Part shown: positions 38,095 through 48,927 of the stretch, piece after piece
Numbering within the stretch: the first letter of the stretch is position 1
How the letters are laid out: each line of letters begins with the position of its first letter
Assembly (NCBI GenBank): GCA_963837175.1
Contig: CAWIMJ010000057.1
Location: 64,001 to 128,000 of the forward strand
Reading direction: 5' to 3'
Length of the DNA: 64,000 bases
Source: an uncultured Nitrososphaeraceae archaeon
GTDB lineage: Archaea > Thermoproteota > Nitrososphaeria > Nitrososphaerales > Nitrososphaeraceae
Notes under the pieces: generated by a model
Seen by the model: the letters and a program-made list of their open reading frames with translations, nothing else
What the model was told of the DNA's origin: nothing
The model's database searches: none
Made by a program: the position numbers and the translations under genes

Positions 38095-41000
38095 ATGATG
38101 GAGATATCGATCGATATGTGGCCTATAATTAATGACATTCTAAGGAGAGAAGGTGTCGCAAGACAACACCTAAATTCTTATAATGAATTTATGGAGCGTG
38201 GACTTCAGAGTATTATCGATGAAGTTAGTGAAATTGAAGTAGAGACTGCCGAATACCCATATAAGATTAAGCTAGGTAAAATAAAACTTCAACAACCGAG
38301 AATTATGGAACTAGATGGTTCCATAACTCATGTTGCACCAATGGAAGCCCGTCTCAGGAATCTCACATATGCATCTCCTGTTATGCTTGAATGTAGTATA
38401 GTTGAGGACGGTAAGATACTGGAGTCCAGATTTATCCATATTGGGGATATGCCTGTTATGGTCAAATCCAATGCTTGCATTTTACATAATTTACCAGAGA
38501 CTAAATTAATTGAACTTGGAGAAGATCCAAAGGATCCTGGTGGCTATTTTGTAATCAATGGTTCAGAACGGGTAATTGTTGGTCTTGAAGACCTTTCTTA
38601 TAATAAAATTATTGTGGATGCAGAAGAAACAACAGGTGCAATGCTTTACAAAGCCAAAGTGTATTCTTCAATTGTGGGATATAGGGCAAAACTCGAACTG
38701 ATCATGCGACCAGATGGCTCAATAGTAGCGAAAATACCTGGTTCTCCTGTTGATATTCCATTGATTACTCTTGTTCGAGCACTGGGCTTAGAATCTGATA
38801 AAGACATTGCTAATGCAGTTTCCCTAAACGAACCTATTCAAGACGAATTAGAACCATCTTTTGAGAAAGCAGGAGAAATTATAACAAGCAGAGATGCCAT
38901 CATCTACATCAGTAAGAGAATTGCTCCTGGTATGCTGGAGGAATTCCAAATAAAGCGCGCGGAAACTCTTCTGGATTGGGGATTGCTACCACATCTTGGA
39001 AAGAATCCTGACAATAGGCATGAAAAAGCACTATTCTTAGGTGAAGCTGCATGCAAATTAATTGAGTTAAAATTGGGTTGGATAGATTCCGATGATAAAG
39101 ATCATTATGGTAATAAAGTTATAAAATTTGCTGGTCAGATGCTTGCAGATCTCTTCAGAACTGCTTTTAGAAACCTGATAAGAGATATGAAGTATCAATT
39201 GGAACGCTCAGGACAAAAGCGTGGTATTAATGCAGTAGCTGCAGCTGTTCGACCAGGGATCATATCGGATAAGCTAAACAACGCTATTGCCACCGGCAAT
39301 TGGGGTAGAGGCAGAGTCGGTGTTACACAACTTCTCGATAGGACAAATTATATGTCAACAATTAGCCACTTGCGTCGAATACAGTCTCCTTTAAGCAGAA
39401 GTCAACCTAACTTTGAAGCGAGAGATTTACATGCTACTCACTTTGGTAGAATTTGTCCTGCAGAGACACCTGAGGGTTCTAATTGCGGTCTCGTCAAGAA
39501 TCTTGCTCTTTCAGCCATAATTTCGGTAAGTGTATCATCAGCAGAAATCATTGAAAAATTATATGAATTAGGTGTTCAGCATGTAGACGAGGCAAATGAT
39601 AATCTCAGAGGTACAGGCAGTAGAATATTCGTAGATGGACGATTGATCGGTTATGTTGAAGACGGTCAGCATTTATCTAACACATTACGAACAATGAGGC
39701 GGTCAGGAAAAATACATCCTCACGTTGGAATGTATTTTTACTCGTCTTTGAATAATAATGCTACTAAACGATTCTATATAAGCTGTAACGCAGGCCGTGT
39801 TCTAAGACCTTTAGCTATCATCAAAGATGGCAAACCTTTGATGAGTGTTGAAATAATTGAAAAGGTAACAAAGAAATTTCTTTCCTGGACAGATCTTCTA
39901 TATATGGGTATAGTTGAATTGGTTGATGCAAATGAAGAAGAAAATTGTTACGTTGCTATAGATATAAAGAAAATAGAGAATGTCCATACCCATTTAGAAA
40001 TATTTCCATCCGCAATTCTTGGCGTTGGTGCGTCAATTATCCCCTATCCAGAACACAATCAGTCACCACGAAATACTTATGAGAGCGCTATGGCAAAACA
40101 GAGTCTTGGATTCTCGACTCCATTGATGAATGCTAGTACATATGTAAGACAACACTTTATGCTCTATCCACAGATCCCTATGGTAAGTACAAAGGCCATT
40201 AATCTGTTAGGACTTGATGACCGTCCAACAGGACAGAACTGTATTGTAGCTGTTCTGCCTTTTGAAGGCTATAATATTGAAGATGCTGTGGTATTCAATA
40301 AATCTTCAGTAGATAGAGGATTAGGCAGGACATTTTTTTACAGGGTATACGAAGCAGAGGCAAAGCAATATCCAGGTGGAATGAAAGACAACTTCGAGCT
40401 TCCGGCATCGGATACTAACATTCGGGGTTACAGAGGAGAAAAGGCATATAGATTGCTTGAACAAGATGGAGCAATCATGCACGAGGCTATAGTAACCGGT
40501 GGAGACATTCTTATCGGCAGAACCTCGCCTCCTAGATTTATGGAAGAGTACAAAGAATTTGAGGTTAAGGGTCCTTACCGTAGAGATACATCAGTGGGAG
40601 TGAGGCCATCAGAAAACGGTGTCGTTGACAGCGTAATCATGACTCAGTCGGTTGAAGGTGGTAAGATGTATAAAATCAGAGTACGAGATACACGCATACC
40701 TGAAATAGGTGACAAGTTTGCATCACGTCATGGACAAAAAGGAGTTGTGGGTATGCTGGTAGCCCAGGAAGATCTACCATACTCAGAAGATGGAGTTATG
40801 CCTGACATAATGATAAATCCACATGCGTTTCCATCAAGAATGACCGTTGGACAATTTATGGAATCCCTTGGAGGAAAAGCCGCATCGCTTAGAGGAAGAA
40901 TTGTTGATGGCTCTGCTTTCCTAGGTGAGAAATTGGATAATATAAAGGACGTGATGGAGCAATATGGATTCAAACATAGCGGCAAAGAAATTATGTATGA

Positions 41001-41445
41001 TGGTAGAACGGGAAAAAGGTTCCCTGCTGAAGTATACATAGGCGTTGTATATTATCAAAAGCTCCATCATATGGTTGCTGACAAAATCCATAGCAGGGCT
41101 AGAGGACAAGTACAAATGCTTACGAAGCAGCCTACAGAAGGTAGGGCACGAGGAGGAGGTCTTAGATTTGGAGAAATGGAGAGAGATTGTCTGATTGCAT
41201 ACGGCGCATCTATGATGCTCAAAGACAGACTGTTGGAGGAATCTGATAAGGCAGAAGTTAATGTCTGCGAACGCTGTGGCCTTTTATCATATTATGATGT
41301 AAAGCAGAGAAGATATATTTGCAGGGTATGTGGTGAGAAAGCAAAAATTTCATCCGTTGTGATTGCATATGCATTTAAATTGCTTTTACAAGAAATGATG
41401 AGCCTGAATGTGGCTCCGCGGTTGTTAGCAAGGGAGAAGGTCTAG
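38095..41445 (+). CDS. rpoB: RNA polymerase subunit B (Rpo2, unsplit)
   Basis: GGYFVINGSERV, ETPEGSNCGL, GDKFASRHGQKG and GGLRFGEMERD motifs. Confidence 0.99.
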   Translation: MMEISIDMWPIINDILRREGVARQHLNSYNEFMERGLQSIIDEVSEIEVETAEYPYKIKLGKIKLQQPRIMELDGSITHVAPMEARLRNLTYASPVMLECSIVEDGKILESRFIHIGDMPVMVKSNACILHNLPETKLIELGEDPKDPGGYFVINGSERVIVGLEDLSYNKIIVDAEETTGAMLYKAKVYSSIVGYRAKLELIMRPDGSIVAKIPGSPVDIPLITLVRALGLESDKDIANAVSLNEPIQDELEPSFEKAGEIITSRDAIIYISKRIAPGMLEEFQIKRAETLLDWGLLPHLGKNPDNRHEKALFLGEAACKLIELKLGWIDSDDKDHYGNKVIKFAGQMLADLFRTAFRNLIRDMKYQLERSGQKRGINAVAAAVRPGIISDKLNNAIATGNWGRGRVGVTQLLDRTNYMSTISHLRRIQSPLSRSQPNFEARDLHATHFGRICPAETPEGSNCGLVKNLALSAIISVSVSSAEIIEKLYELGVQHVDEANDNLRGTGSRIFVDGRLIGYVEDGQHLSNTLRTMRRSGKIHPHVGMYFYSSLNNNATKRFYISCNAGRVLRPLAIIKDGKPLMSVEIIEKVTKKFLSWTDLLYMGIVELVDANEEENCYVAIDIKKIENVHTHLEIFPSAILGVGASIIPYPEHNQSPRNTYESAMAKQSLGFSTPLMNASTYVRQHFMLYPQIPMVSTKAINLLGLDDRPTGQNCIVAVLPFEGYNIEDAVVFNKSSVDRGLGRTFFYRVYEAEAKQYPGGMKDNFELPASDTNIRGYRGEKAYRLLEQDGAIMHEAIVTGGDILIGRTSPPRFMEEYKEFEVKGPYRRDTSVGVRPSENGVVDSVIMTQSVEGGKMYKIRVRDTRIPEIGDKFASRHGQKGVVGMLVAQEDLPYSEDGVMPDIMINPHAFPSRMTVGQFMESLGGKAASLRGRIVDGSAFLGEKLDNIKDVMEQYGFKHSGKEIMYDGRTGKRFPAEVYIGVVYYQKLHHMVADKIHSRARGQVQMLTKQPTEGRARGGGLRFGEMERDCLIAYGASMMLKDRLLEESDKAEVNVCERCGLLSYYDVKQRRYICRVCGEKAKISSVVIAYAFKLLLQEMMSLNVAPRLLAREKV

Positions 41446-41473
41446 AGCCAAGAAAAAGGAGCTGACAAAAAAA

Positions 41474-44400
41474 ATGGAAGAATCTGTAAAAATATTAGGA
41501 GGAATAAAGTTTAGTGTATGGTCCCCCATAGAAGTTCGTAAGTTCAGCGTTGCAGAAATCACAGCACCAGAGACCTATGATGAAGATGGAATGCCTGTAC
41601 AAGGCGGATTGATGGATAATCGTCTAGGAACACTTGAACCAGGCCAAAAATGTGCAACCTGCGGCAATACATCTGCAAAATGTCCCGGCCACTTTGGCCA
41701 TATTGAACTAGCAGAGCCAGTCCTTCATATTGCATTCGTTGATGACATCCACAAATTGCTACTTATTACATGCAGATCATGTAATAGAATTAAACTCGAT
41801 CCAGAAGAATTAGTTAAATACAAAGAGCTCAGAGATAGTAAGGCTGCATATGCCGTAATAACTTTAGAGAATGTTAAGGATACAATTATTGAGAAGGCGA
41901 AGAAAGTAAAAATTTGTCCTCATTGTGCAAAAGAACAGTATGATCTCATTTTTACAAAACCAACTATCTTTGTAGAAAAAACCGAAGTCGGTGAGAATAG
42001 ACTCTTACCAATTACTATTAGAGAAAGACTAGTCCATATTCCGGATGATGATCTGAGACTTTTAGGATACGATCCGACGACTGCCAGGCCTGAATGGTTT
42101 GTTCTTCAAGTTTTAGCGGTTCCCCCTGTAACTGTGAGACCTTCAATTATTCTTGAAACCGGAATAAGATCAGAAGATGACTTGACACACAAACTCGTAG
42201 ACATCATTAGAGTAAATCAGAGATTGAAAGAGAGTAAGGAGGCTGGAACACCTCCACTTATTGTGCAGGATTTGGTTGATTTGTTGCAATATCATGTTAC
42301 GACGTACTTTGATAATGAGGTTTCAGGAATCCCTCAAGCTCATCACAGATCTGGCAGGCCTCTTAAAACTTTGACTCAGAGATTAAAGGGTAAAGAAGGT
42401 AGGTTCCGAGGCTCACTTTCTGGCAAAAGAGTAGATTTTTCGAGTCGGACCGTAATCTCTCCTGATCCAAACCTTGAGATCTCTAACGTCGGAGTTCCCG
42501 TCGACGTTGCAAAGAAACTTACCATTCCAGAAACCGTATCACAATGGAGTCTCGAAAGATTAAAGAAATTGGTAATTAATGGTCCCAATATATATCCAGG
42601 GGCTAATTATATTATCCGACCAGATGGAGTGAAAATAAGGTTAGACTATGTTACTGACAGAAAAACGATTTCAGATTCAGTAGTAGCAGGTTATATCGTT
42701 GAAAGACATTTGTCTGATGGGGATATAGTAATTTTCAATAGACAACCTTCATTACATAGAATGTCGATTATGGCTCATTACGTTAGAGTACTTCCATATC
42801 GTACGTTTAGATTACATCCGGCCGTTTGTCCACCTTATAATGCAGATTTTGACGGTGATGAGATGAACCTTCATGTTCCTCAAAGCGAAGAGGCACGTGC
42901 TGAGGCTGCTTTGCTGATGAAGGTTCAAGACCAGTTAATATCACCAAGATATGGTGGGCCTATTATTGGTGGAATTAGAGACTTTATTACTGGAGCGTTC
43001 ATTTTAACCCGGGATGATACAACTCTAACAAGAGAAGAATTCGCAAATTTGGCCTTGATAGGAGGATATACAGGTGTTCTACCAGAACCTAAACTGGGTA
43101 AAGATGCAAGAAAAGTATATTCTGGTAAACAGCTGTTTTCTCTTTTCTTGCCAAAGGATTTTAATTTTATAATTACTTCAAAGTGGAATAAATCTGCAAA
43201 GCGTGAAGGAAAGGATGTCGTAATAAAAAATGGAGAACTCATTAGCGGGGTTATTGACAAAGCCTCTATTGGAGCAGAAGAACCAGATAGCGTACTGCAC
43301 AGAATAACGAAAGATTATGGCAATGACACTGCTAGAAAATTCCTTGATTCAATACTTATTATGCTCAAAACGTACATAACGCATCAGGGCTTTAGTTATG
43401 GATATTCTGATCTTTGGCTAAGCGATGAAACGAGAAAAGAAATTAATGATGTTATTCAGAAGGCGTATACCAAGGTTAATGAGCTCATAGAACAATATAA
43501 ATCTGGTACATTACCTCTCACTAGAGGCCTAGCTCCAGAAGAAGCACTTGAATTGTATGTAGTGAATGAGTTGTCCAGGGCAAGAGATAGAGCAGGCAAA
43601 AACGCGGATAGAGCATTTCCCGATGACAATTCTGGTGTAATTATGGCATCTACTGGCGCAAGAGGCTCAACCCTTAATATTGGCCAAATGACTGCAGCTT
43701 TGGGTCAGCAATCTATTAGAGGCAAGAGGATCAATAAAGGATACCATAATCGCTCTTTACCTCATTTTAGGACTAATGATGCAAACCCAGATGCGAAGGG
43801 TTTCGTAAAGTCAAACTATAGGGACGGATTGAGCCCATTAGAATTCTTCTTCCATGCAATGGGAGGTCGAGAAGGTCTAGTCGATACTGCTGTCAGGACA
43901 CAGCAATCAGGTTACATGCAAAGAAGGTTAATTAATGCTCTTGAACATCTCAAAATAGAATATGATCAGACTGTTCGTGATCCACATGGAAATATTATAC
44001 AGTATCTCTACGGTGAAGATGGTATAGACCCAGCAAAAAGTGATCATGGTGAGGCAGTAAACATATCTAGGCTAATAGAAAATGAATCGGTTATCGATGA
44101 GGGTAAAAAGGCTACGGAAAATGAGATCAAAGATATTATAGAAAAATACACAGAAACCCTCAATCCACGCTTGAGAAATAGCCTTGAAACTGCTTTGTTC
44201 GAAAAGAGATTAAGCAAGGAAGGAATTGAGAAAGTATTGAAGAAGACCGTCGATTTGATTGAAAGGGCTATGACTGAGCCTGGAGAAGCTGTAGGTGTTG
44301 TGACTGCGCAATCTATAGGTGAGCCGGGAACACAGATGACACTTAGAACATTCCACTTTGCTGGTGTTAAAGAGCGCAATGTTACTCTAGGACTTCCTAG

Positions 44401-45283
44401 ATTGATCGAATTAGTAGATGCGAGGAAGAAGCCTGTAACACCAACTATGGATATTTTTTTGGATAAGACACATAGGGTATCGAGAGAAAAGGCGCTTGAC
44501 GTAGCAAGAGAAATTATTTTTACCAGGGTAAGTGATTTAGTAGAAAAAACGGATACTGATTATAGCGGTATACTTTCATTTTATTTCTCTGAATCTAAGC
44601 TTGCAGAACGAGGATGTAAATTAGACGAAGTACAGGAGGTGCTAAAAGGATCGAAGAAGAAATATGAAATAAGCCTTAACGAAAAGAAGCAATTTATCAA
44701 AATCAACGTTTCTGACCAACCTGACGCTCAAACTCTTTTGACATTAAAGAACAAGCTACTCAATACTCGCGTCAAGGGGGTCCCTGACATTGAAAGAGTT
44801 ACAATTGTTAAACAGGATGAAGAATGGATCATCCAGACCGCAGGATCTAATCTTTCCAAAGTGGTGGCAATTGAAGGTGTTGATACCTCCAGAATTACTA
44901 CAAACAATGTCTATGAAGTTTGGCAAACACTAGGAATCGAGGCTGCCAGAACAGCTCTTGTTAAAGAGATCACAAACACCCTGGAGGAACAAGGCTTGGA
45001 AGTTGACACCAGGCATATTATGCTAGTGGCAGATCTTATGACATCCAAGGGATATCTACAACAAATTGGTAGACATGGTATTGCAGGAACTAAGACCTCT
45101 GTTCTTGCAAGAGCAGCTTTCGAAATTACAGTTCCAACGATAGCAAAAGCTTCACTAGAAGGTCAAATTGAAACATTAAGGGGAGTAACAGAAAACGTTA
45201 TAGTAGGTGCTACGGTACCTGTCGGCACAGGTATGGTTGATCTCTACATGAAGGTGAAAGAAGAAAATGGTCAAGACACTTGA
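41474..45283 (+). CDS. rpoA: RNA polymerase largest subunit (Rpo1, A' and A'' in one polypeptide)
   Basis: CPGHFGHIEL, NADFDGDEMN and GEPGTQMTLRTFH in a single 1269-aa ORF. Confidence 0.99.
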   Translation: MEESVKILGGIKFSVWSPIEVRKFSVAEITAPETYDEDGMPVQGGLMDNRLGTLEPGQKCATCGNTSAKCPGHFGHIELAEPVLHIAFVDDIHKLLLITCRSCNRIKLDPEELVKYKELRDSKAAYAVITLENVKDTIIEKAKKVKICPHCAKEQYDLIFTKPTIFVEKTEVGENRLLPITIRERLVHIPDDDLRLLGYDPTTARPEWFVLQVLAVPPVTVRPSIILETGIRSEDDLTHKLVDIIRVNQRLKESKEAGTPPLIVQDLVDLLQYHVTTYFDNEVSGIPQAHHRSGRPLKTLTQRLKGKEGRFRGSLSGKRVDFSSRTVISPDPNLEISNVGVPVDVAKKLTIPETVSQWSLERLKKLVINGPNIYPGANYIIRPDGVKIRLDYVTDRKTISDSVVAGYIVERHLSDGDIVIFNRQPSLHRMSIMAHYVRVLPYRTFRLHPAVCPPYNADFDGDEMNLHVPQSEEARAEAALLMKVQDQLISPRYGGPIIGGIRDFITGAFILTRDDTTLTREEFANLALIGGYTGVLPEPKLGKDARKVYSGKQLFSLFLPKDFNFIITSKWNKSAKREGKDVVIKNGELISGVIDKASIGAEEPDSVLHRITKDYGNDTARKFLDSILIMLKTYITHQGFSYGYSDLWLSDETRKEINDVIQKAYTKVNELIEQYKSGTLPLTRGLAPEEALELYVVNELSRARDRAGKNADRAFPDDNSGVIMASTGARGSTLNIGQMTAALGQQSIRGKRINKGYHNRSLPHFRTNDANPDAKGFVKSNYRDGLSPLEFFFHAMGGREGLVDTAVRTQQSGYMQRRLINALEHLKIEYDQTVRDPHGNIIQYLYGEDGIDPAKSDHGEAVNISRLIENESVIDEGKKATENEIKDIIEKYTETLNPRLRNSLETALFEKRLSKEGIEKVLKKTVDLIERAMTEPGEAVGVVTAQSIGEPGTQMTLRTFHFAGVKERNVTLGLPRLIELVDARKKPVTPTMDIFLDKTHRVSREKALDVAREIIFTRVSDLVEKTDTDYSGILSFYFSESKLAERGCKLDEVQEVLKGSKKKYEISLNEKKQFIKINVSDQPDAQTLLTLKNKLLNTRVKGVPDIERVTIVKQDEEWIIQTAGSNLSKVVAIEGVDTSRITTNNVYEVWQTLGIEAARTALVKEITNTLEEQGLEVDTRHIMLVADLMTSKGYLQQIGRHGIAGTKTSVLARAAFEITVPTIAKASLEGQIETLRGVTENVIVGATVPVGTGMVDLYMKVKEENGQDT

Positions 45284-45599
45284 GAAAATAATTAAGAACT
45301 CGATAAACGAGAACAAATACAAGAGTGGAACTAAGGAAGTATTACAATCTATGAAAGGATCAAAACTAATAGTTATGTCAAAATCGCTTGCTCCTGATGA
45401 TAGGTTAAAAATAGAAGAAGAGGCTGAATCTTCTAATATTCCTATCTACTGGTTTCAAGGTAATTCTGTTCAACTAGGAAAATTATGTAATAAGCCTTTT
45501 AGAATTAGTATCTTATCTCTAAAAAGTGGTATTGATGAAGAGATAAGTTCAATAATTTCTAACCGTTCTAAGGAAAGTCCATCGGTAAATAGATCATAA
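45267..45599 (+). CDS. rpl30e: 50S ribosomal protein L30e
   Basis: GNSVQLGKLCNKPFRIS motif; conserved position after rpoA. Confidence 0.9.
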   Translation: MVKTLEKIIKNSINENKYKSGTKEVLQSMKGSKLIVMSKSLAPDDRLKIEEEAESSNIPIYWFQGNSVQLGKLCNKPFRISILSLKSGIDEEISSIISNRSKESPSVNRS

Positions 45600-45964
45600 T
45601 ATTACTCATTTTCCTACCTTTTTATCCCCTGTTATGGTTCGCTATATTTTTATAAAATATTAAAAATTGAGACAATAACAGTTCTGTTCGATCTTCATTA
45701 AGAAAAATGGTAATTGCTTTTGAAATATAAGATAATAATATATCACCGTAATGAAAAGATAAAATGATTACATTATTAGAATAGGCACATTATCAAAGTA
45801 TAGGTTACAAAAGCTTATAGATAGGCCCATATGCTAAGAAGAAACCTCTTCATGTTAATTAATTTTCTTGCATCAAGACTTAAATTGCTCTTCTTCAAGA
45901 AGCATGAATTGTCGTTTGATGCTTCGAACTTCATATATAATTACTATTTCAGAGGCGCTGTGAG

Positions 45965-46444
45965 ATGACAGACAAGATTAAATTGACATCTGATGAATTA
46001 CGATTAATGTCTTTATTTCAGAGCATAACAAGTGCAACAGCGCGAGATTGTATTTTGGACGAAAGGATGGACCGTGTCATCTTTGTTGTCAATAAGGGAC
46101 ATATGGGTCTTGCTATCGGAAAAGGGGGATCAACAATCAAGCAACTACAGAACGTGGTTGCAAAAAAAGTTGAGCTAGTTGAATATTCTGATGATGTAAT
46201 CAAATTTATTTCTAATATATTAAATTCGGATCTGATAAATGAAATTAAGATTAACGAGAGGATAGACGGTACGAAACAAGCTGTTGTTGTTGTAGATGCC
46301 AAGAAAAAAGGGGTTGTGGTAGGTAGAGAAGGCAGAAATGCTGAAAAGGCAAGGATACTCGCAAAGCGATATTTCCAAATATCCAATGTCCTTATAGTAA
46401 GTGGAGAACAAACTCTAAATAATAACGAACAGGTGAATATATGA
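45965..46444 (+). CDS. nusA: Archaeal NusA (KH domains)
   Basis: MGLAIGKGG, VELVEYSDD and VGREGRN motifs. Confidence 0.95.
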   Translation: MTDKIKLTSDELRLMSLFQSITSATARDCILDERMDRVIFVVNKGHMGLAIGKGGSTIKQLQNVVAKKVELVEYSDDVIKFISNILNSDLINEIKINERIDGTKQAVVVVDAKKKGVVVGREGRNAEKARILAKRYFQISNVLIVSGEQTLNNNEQVNI

Positions 46445-46882
46445 ATGGCTAAATCTCCGTTAGGATTGTTTGCTGGGCGTGTTCTAAAATCTAAGAGGAA
46501 CCGAGCCAGATGGGCAAATAAGTACTATAAAAGAAGAATGTTGATGCTGGACAAGAAGGCCAATCCATTAGAGGGTGCACCTCAGGCGAGAGGAATAGTA
46601 TTAGAAAAAGTAGGTATAGAATCAAAACAGCCCAACTCTGCCGTCAGAAAATGTGTCAGAGTTCAATTGATTAAAAATGGTAAATCAATAACGGCCTTTC
46701 TTCCACGAGACGGTGCCCTAAACTTCGTAGACGAACATGATGAAGTAGTGTTAGAAGGCATCGGAGGATCAATGGGAGGGGCAATGGGTGATATTCCCGG
46801 AGTTAGATGGCAAGTTTTTAAAGTAAATGGTGTTTCGTTGATCGAGCTTGTATATGGTAGGAAGGAAAAACCGAGGAGATAG
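46445..46882 (+). CDS. rps12: 30S ribosomal protein S12
   Basis: [17 protein letters not shown] and GDIPGVR motifs. Confidence 0.98.
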   Translation: MAKSPLGLFAGRVLKSKRNRARWANKYYKRRMLMLDKKANPLEGAPQARGIVLEKVGIESKQPNSAVRKCVRVQLIKNGKSITAFLPRDGALNFVDEHDEVVLEGIGGSMGGAMGDIPGVRWQVFKVNGVSLIELVYGRKEKPRR

Positions 46883-46884
46883 TA

Positions 46885-47493
46885 ATGAGCGGTAAAGAAC
46901 AAGTTAATATCATGTTATTCAATAAATGGGATGCAAACAAGATTGAAGTAACTGACGTAGGTCTACGTAGAGTAATCTCATTAACACCATCAGCAGTAAT
47001 TCCAATTACCTTCGGAAGACATGAGCACCAGAGGTTAAAGAAGTCTGATGTACATATAATAGAAAGATTATCCAATAAGCTGATGCATTTCGGAAAAAAA
47101 TATGCAAAGAACACAGGCAGAATGGGAGGAAAAAAAGCCCGTGTATTAAATGTAGTAAGGACTGCTCTTGATATCATCCATCTAGAAACCGGTAAGAATC
47201 CATTGGAATTGTTAGTAAGGGCAATAGAGAATGCATCTCCTAATGAGGATACTACTCGTATTGTCTATGGTGGTGTAGTATACCATGTTTCAGTAGACGT
47301 CGCGCCGCTACGCAGAGTAGATCTAGCTCTCCGTTTTATCGCCGAGGGGGTAAGGGAAGCAACATATTCTAATCCACAATCTATTGAAGAGGCGTTAGCT
47401 AGAGAGATAATCTTGGCAGCAAACAATGATATGTCTAGTCATGCGGTTAAGAAAAAGAATGAACAGGAACGGATCGCAATGGCATCTCGATAG
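46885..47493 (+). CDS. rps7: 30S ribosomal protein S7
   Basis: LFNKWD, IIERLSNKLM, SVDVAPLRRVD and ERIAMASR motifs. Confidence 0.98.
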   Translation: MSGKEQVNIMLFNKWDANKIEVTDVGLRRVISLTPSAVIPITFGRHEHQRLKKSDVHIIERLSNKLMHFGKKYAKNTGRMGGKKARVLNVVRTALDIIHLETGKNPLELLVRAIENASPNEDTTRIVYGGVVYHVSVDVAPLRRVDLALRFIAEGVREATYSNPQSIEEALAREIILAANNDMSSHAVKKKNEQERIAMASR

Positions 47494-47753
47494 TCCTCAA
47501 TTCTTTTGTCTTTTTACATTAACATTTTTATTTAGACCATAATATTCATATTTTATACTACAGCGAACATGATCCTGAAAAGTTGAGATGTTTATAAAAA
47601 GAGGTATATTAAAGTTATAATAAAATTAAAGATTAAGACATTTATTCTTGTACGCGCTCATTGGTTATTTGTAGAGCATTGGCAGTGGTTGACAACATAG
47701 ACGTATGTAAAATATGAAAGTTAAATACTGGAAATAGAGTGAGAGCAATACAT

Positions 47754-48884
47754 ATGAGTGGTAAGGACGAATACATTTTCACAAAATCTGCATTAACGAG
47801 CACAAAATGTGGAAAAGAAATTTTGAAACAAATTTTGCTTAGGAAAAACGGCTATAAACAATTTACTAAATATAAAAAAAAATATGAAGAGGAGTTTGAA
47901 GATTTTACAAAGAGATTCCTAATGTCGTTACACCATCGGATTATTTCTGATTCTAATCCATCTGTCACAATGAAAAAATTCAATGAAGAGGTTGGATCCT
48001 CAGAATTATTCCTAGAGGACAAGAAACTCAACGATGTTAAAACAAGACTATCCAGACCTGAAAATCTCACAGATAGAATACAGAGGATTTTAAATTCTAA
48101 TTTCGTAAAGATGGCCTTTCCCGTTTTAAATGCACTGTTTGACGGTGCTTCAGTCTACTATAACGAAGAAGTTTCAACCGACTTGAAAAATTCAATTATT
48201 GACGGTCATATTATAGCTGTCGATCTCAGTGAGCCAATGGATAGGATAATGGACAAGGATGAAGATGTCGAATACCTTGACGACTATAAACTTATGAATC
48301 CGTATATTCTGGAAGTTGCGAGAGAGAAAATTTCTAAAGGTGGCGACTCAGTATTGAAAGCATTTGAAGAGGGATTCAAAGACGCTAGAAGGGGGCAGTA
48401 CATAGATTATAATTTAAAGATCAAGCCAGAATCTATCAACTATGAAAATATGATACTCTCTTATAAGAAATATCGTGCGGTGATAGGAACCGCTGGAAGA
48501 AATATGGCATTCAACCGGGCTCCATTGAGTGATATTTACGACTTGGGTATGGCAAAAGCAGCAGAATGTGTTGGTTGTGGAAATGAGATTGAGGATTCTA
48601 TAAAGCAACGCTCAATTAAAATACCATCTTGGCCATTTTATTATTCGCTCATTAGCAGAGATGTTGAGAAAGCATTTGAAATAACAATGAAAAAGAGTGA
48701 AATATATTTGGAAGAAGCAAATCTTGCGATGGATATGCTTCCATTGGAATTTCAATTCAAGCCATTTCTAGAATTTTTATTTTTGACAGTTAACCATTAT
48801 AACCAATATTGGTATAACGAACTTAGAAGAGGTGACATATTCACTCTTTTACAAAAGGACTTTGATATAACAATAAGAATATAA
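47754..48884 (+). CDS. Hypothetical all-alpha protein
   Basis: Long intact ORF; Asp-rich DLSEPMDRIMDKDEDVEYLDDY segment; start set to the ATG at 47754. Confidence 0.8.
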   Translation: MSGKDEYIFTKSALTSTKCGKEILKQILLRKNGYKQFTKYKKKYEEEFEDFTKRFLMSLHHRIISDSNPSVTMKKFNEEVGSSELFLEDKKLNDVKTRLSRPENLTDRIQRILNSNFVKMAFPVLNALFDGASVYYNEEVSTDLKNSIIDGHIIAVDLSEPMDRIMDKDEDVEYLDDYKLMNPYILEVAREKISKGGDSVLKAFEEGFKDARRGQYIDYNLKIKPESINYENMILSYKKYRAVIGTAGRNMAFNRAPLSDIYDLGMAKAAECVGCGNEIEDSIKQRSIKIPSWPFYYSLISRDVEKAFEITMKKSEIYLEEANLAMDMLPLEFQFKPFLEFLFLTVNHYNQYWYNELRRGDIFTLLQKDFDITIRI

Positions 48885-48927
48885 CAACCGCACATTTTTA
48901 TGTGGTTTTTTGTTGTGTAATTAATTT

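Noticed and set aside
41474-45283. Unsplit RpoA as a novelty
   Set aside because: This is an established feature of Thaumarchaeota, used only as a taxonomic marker
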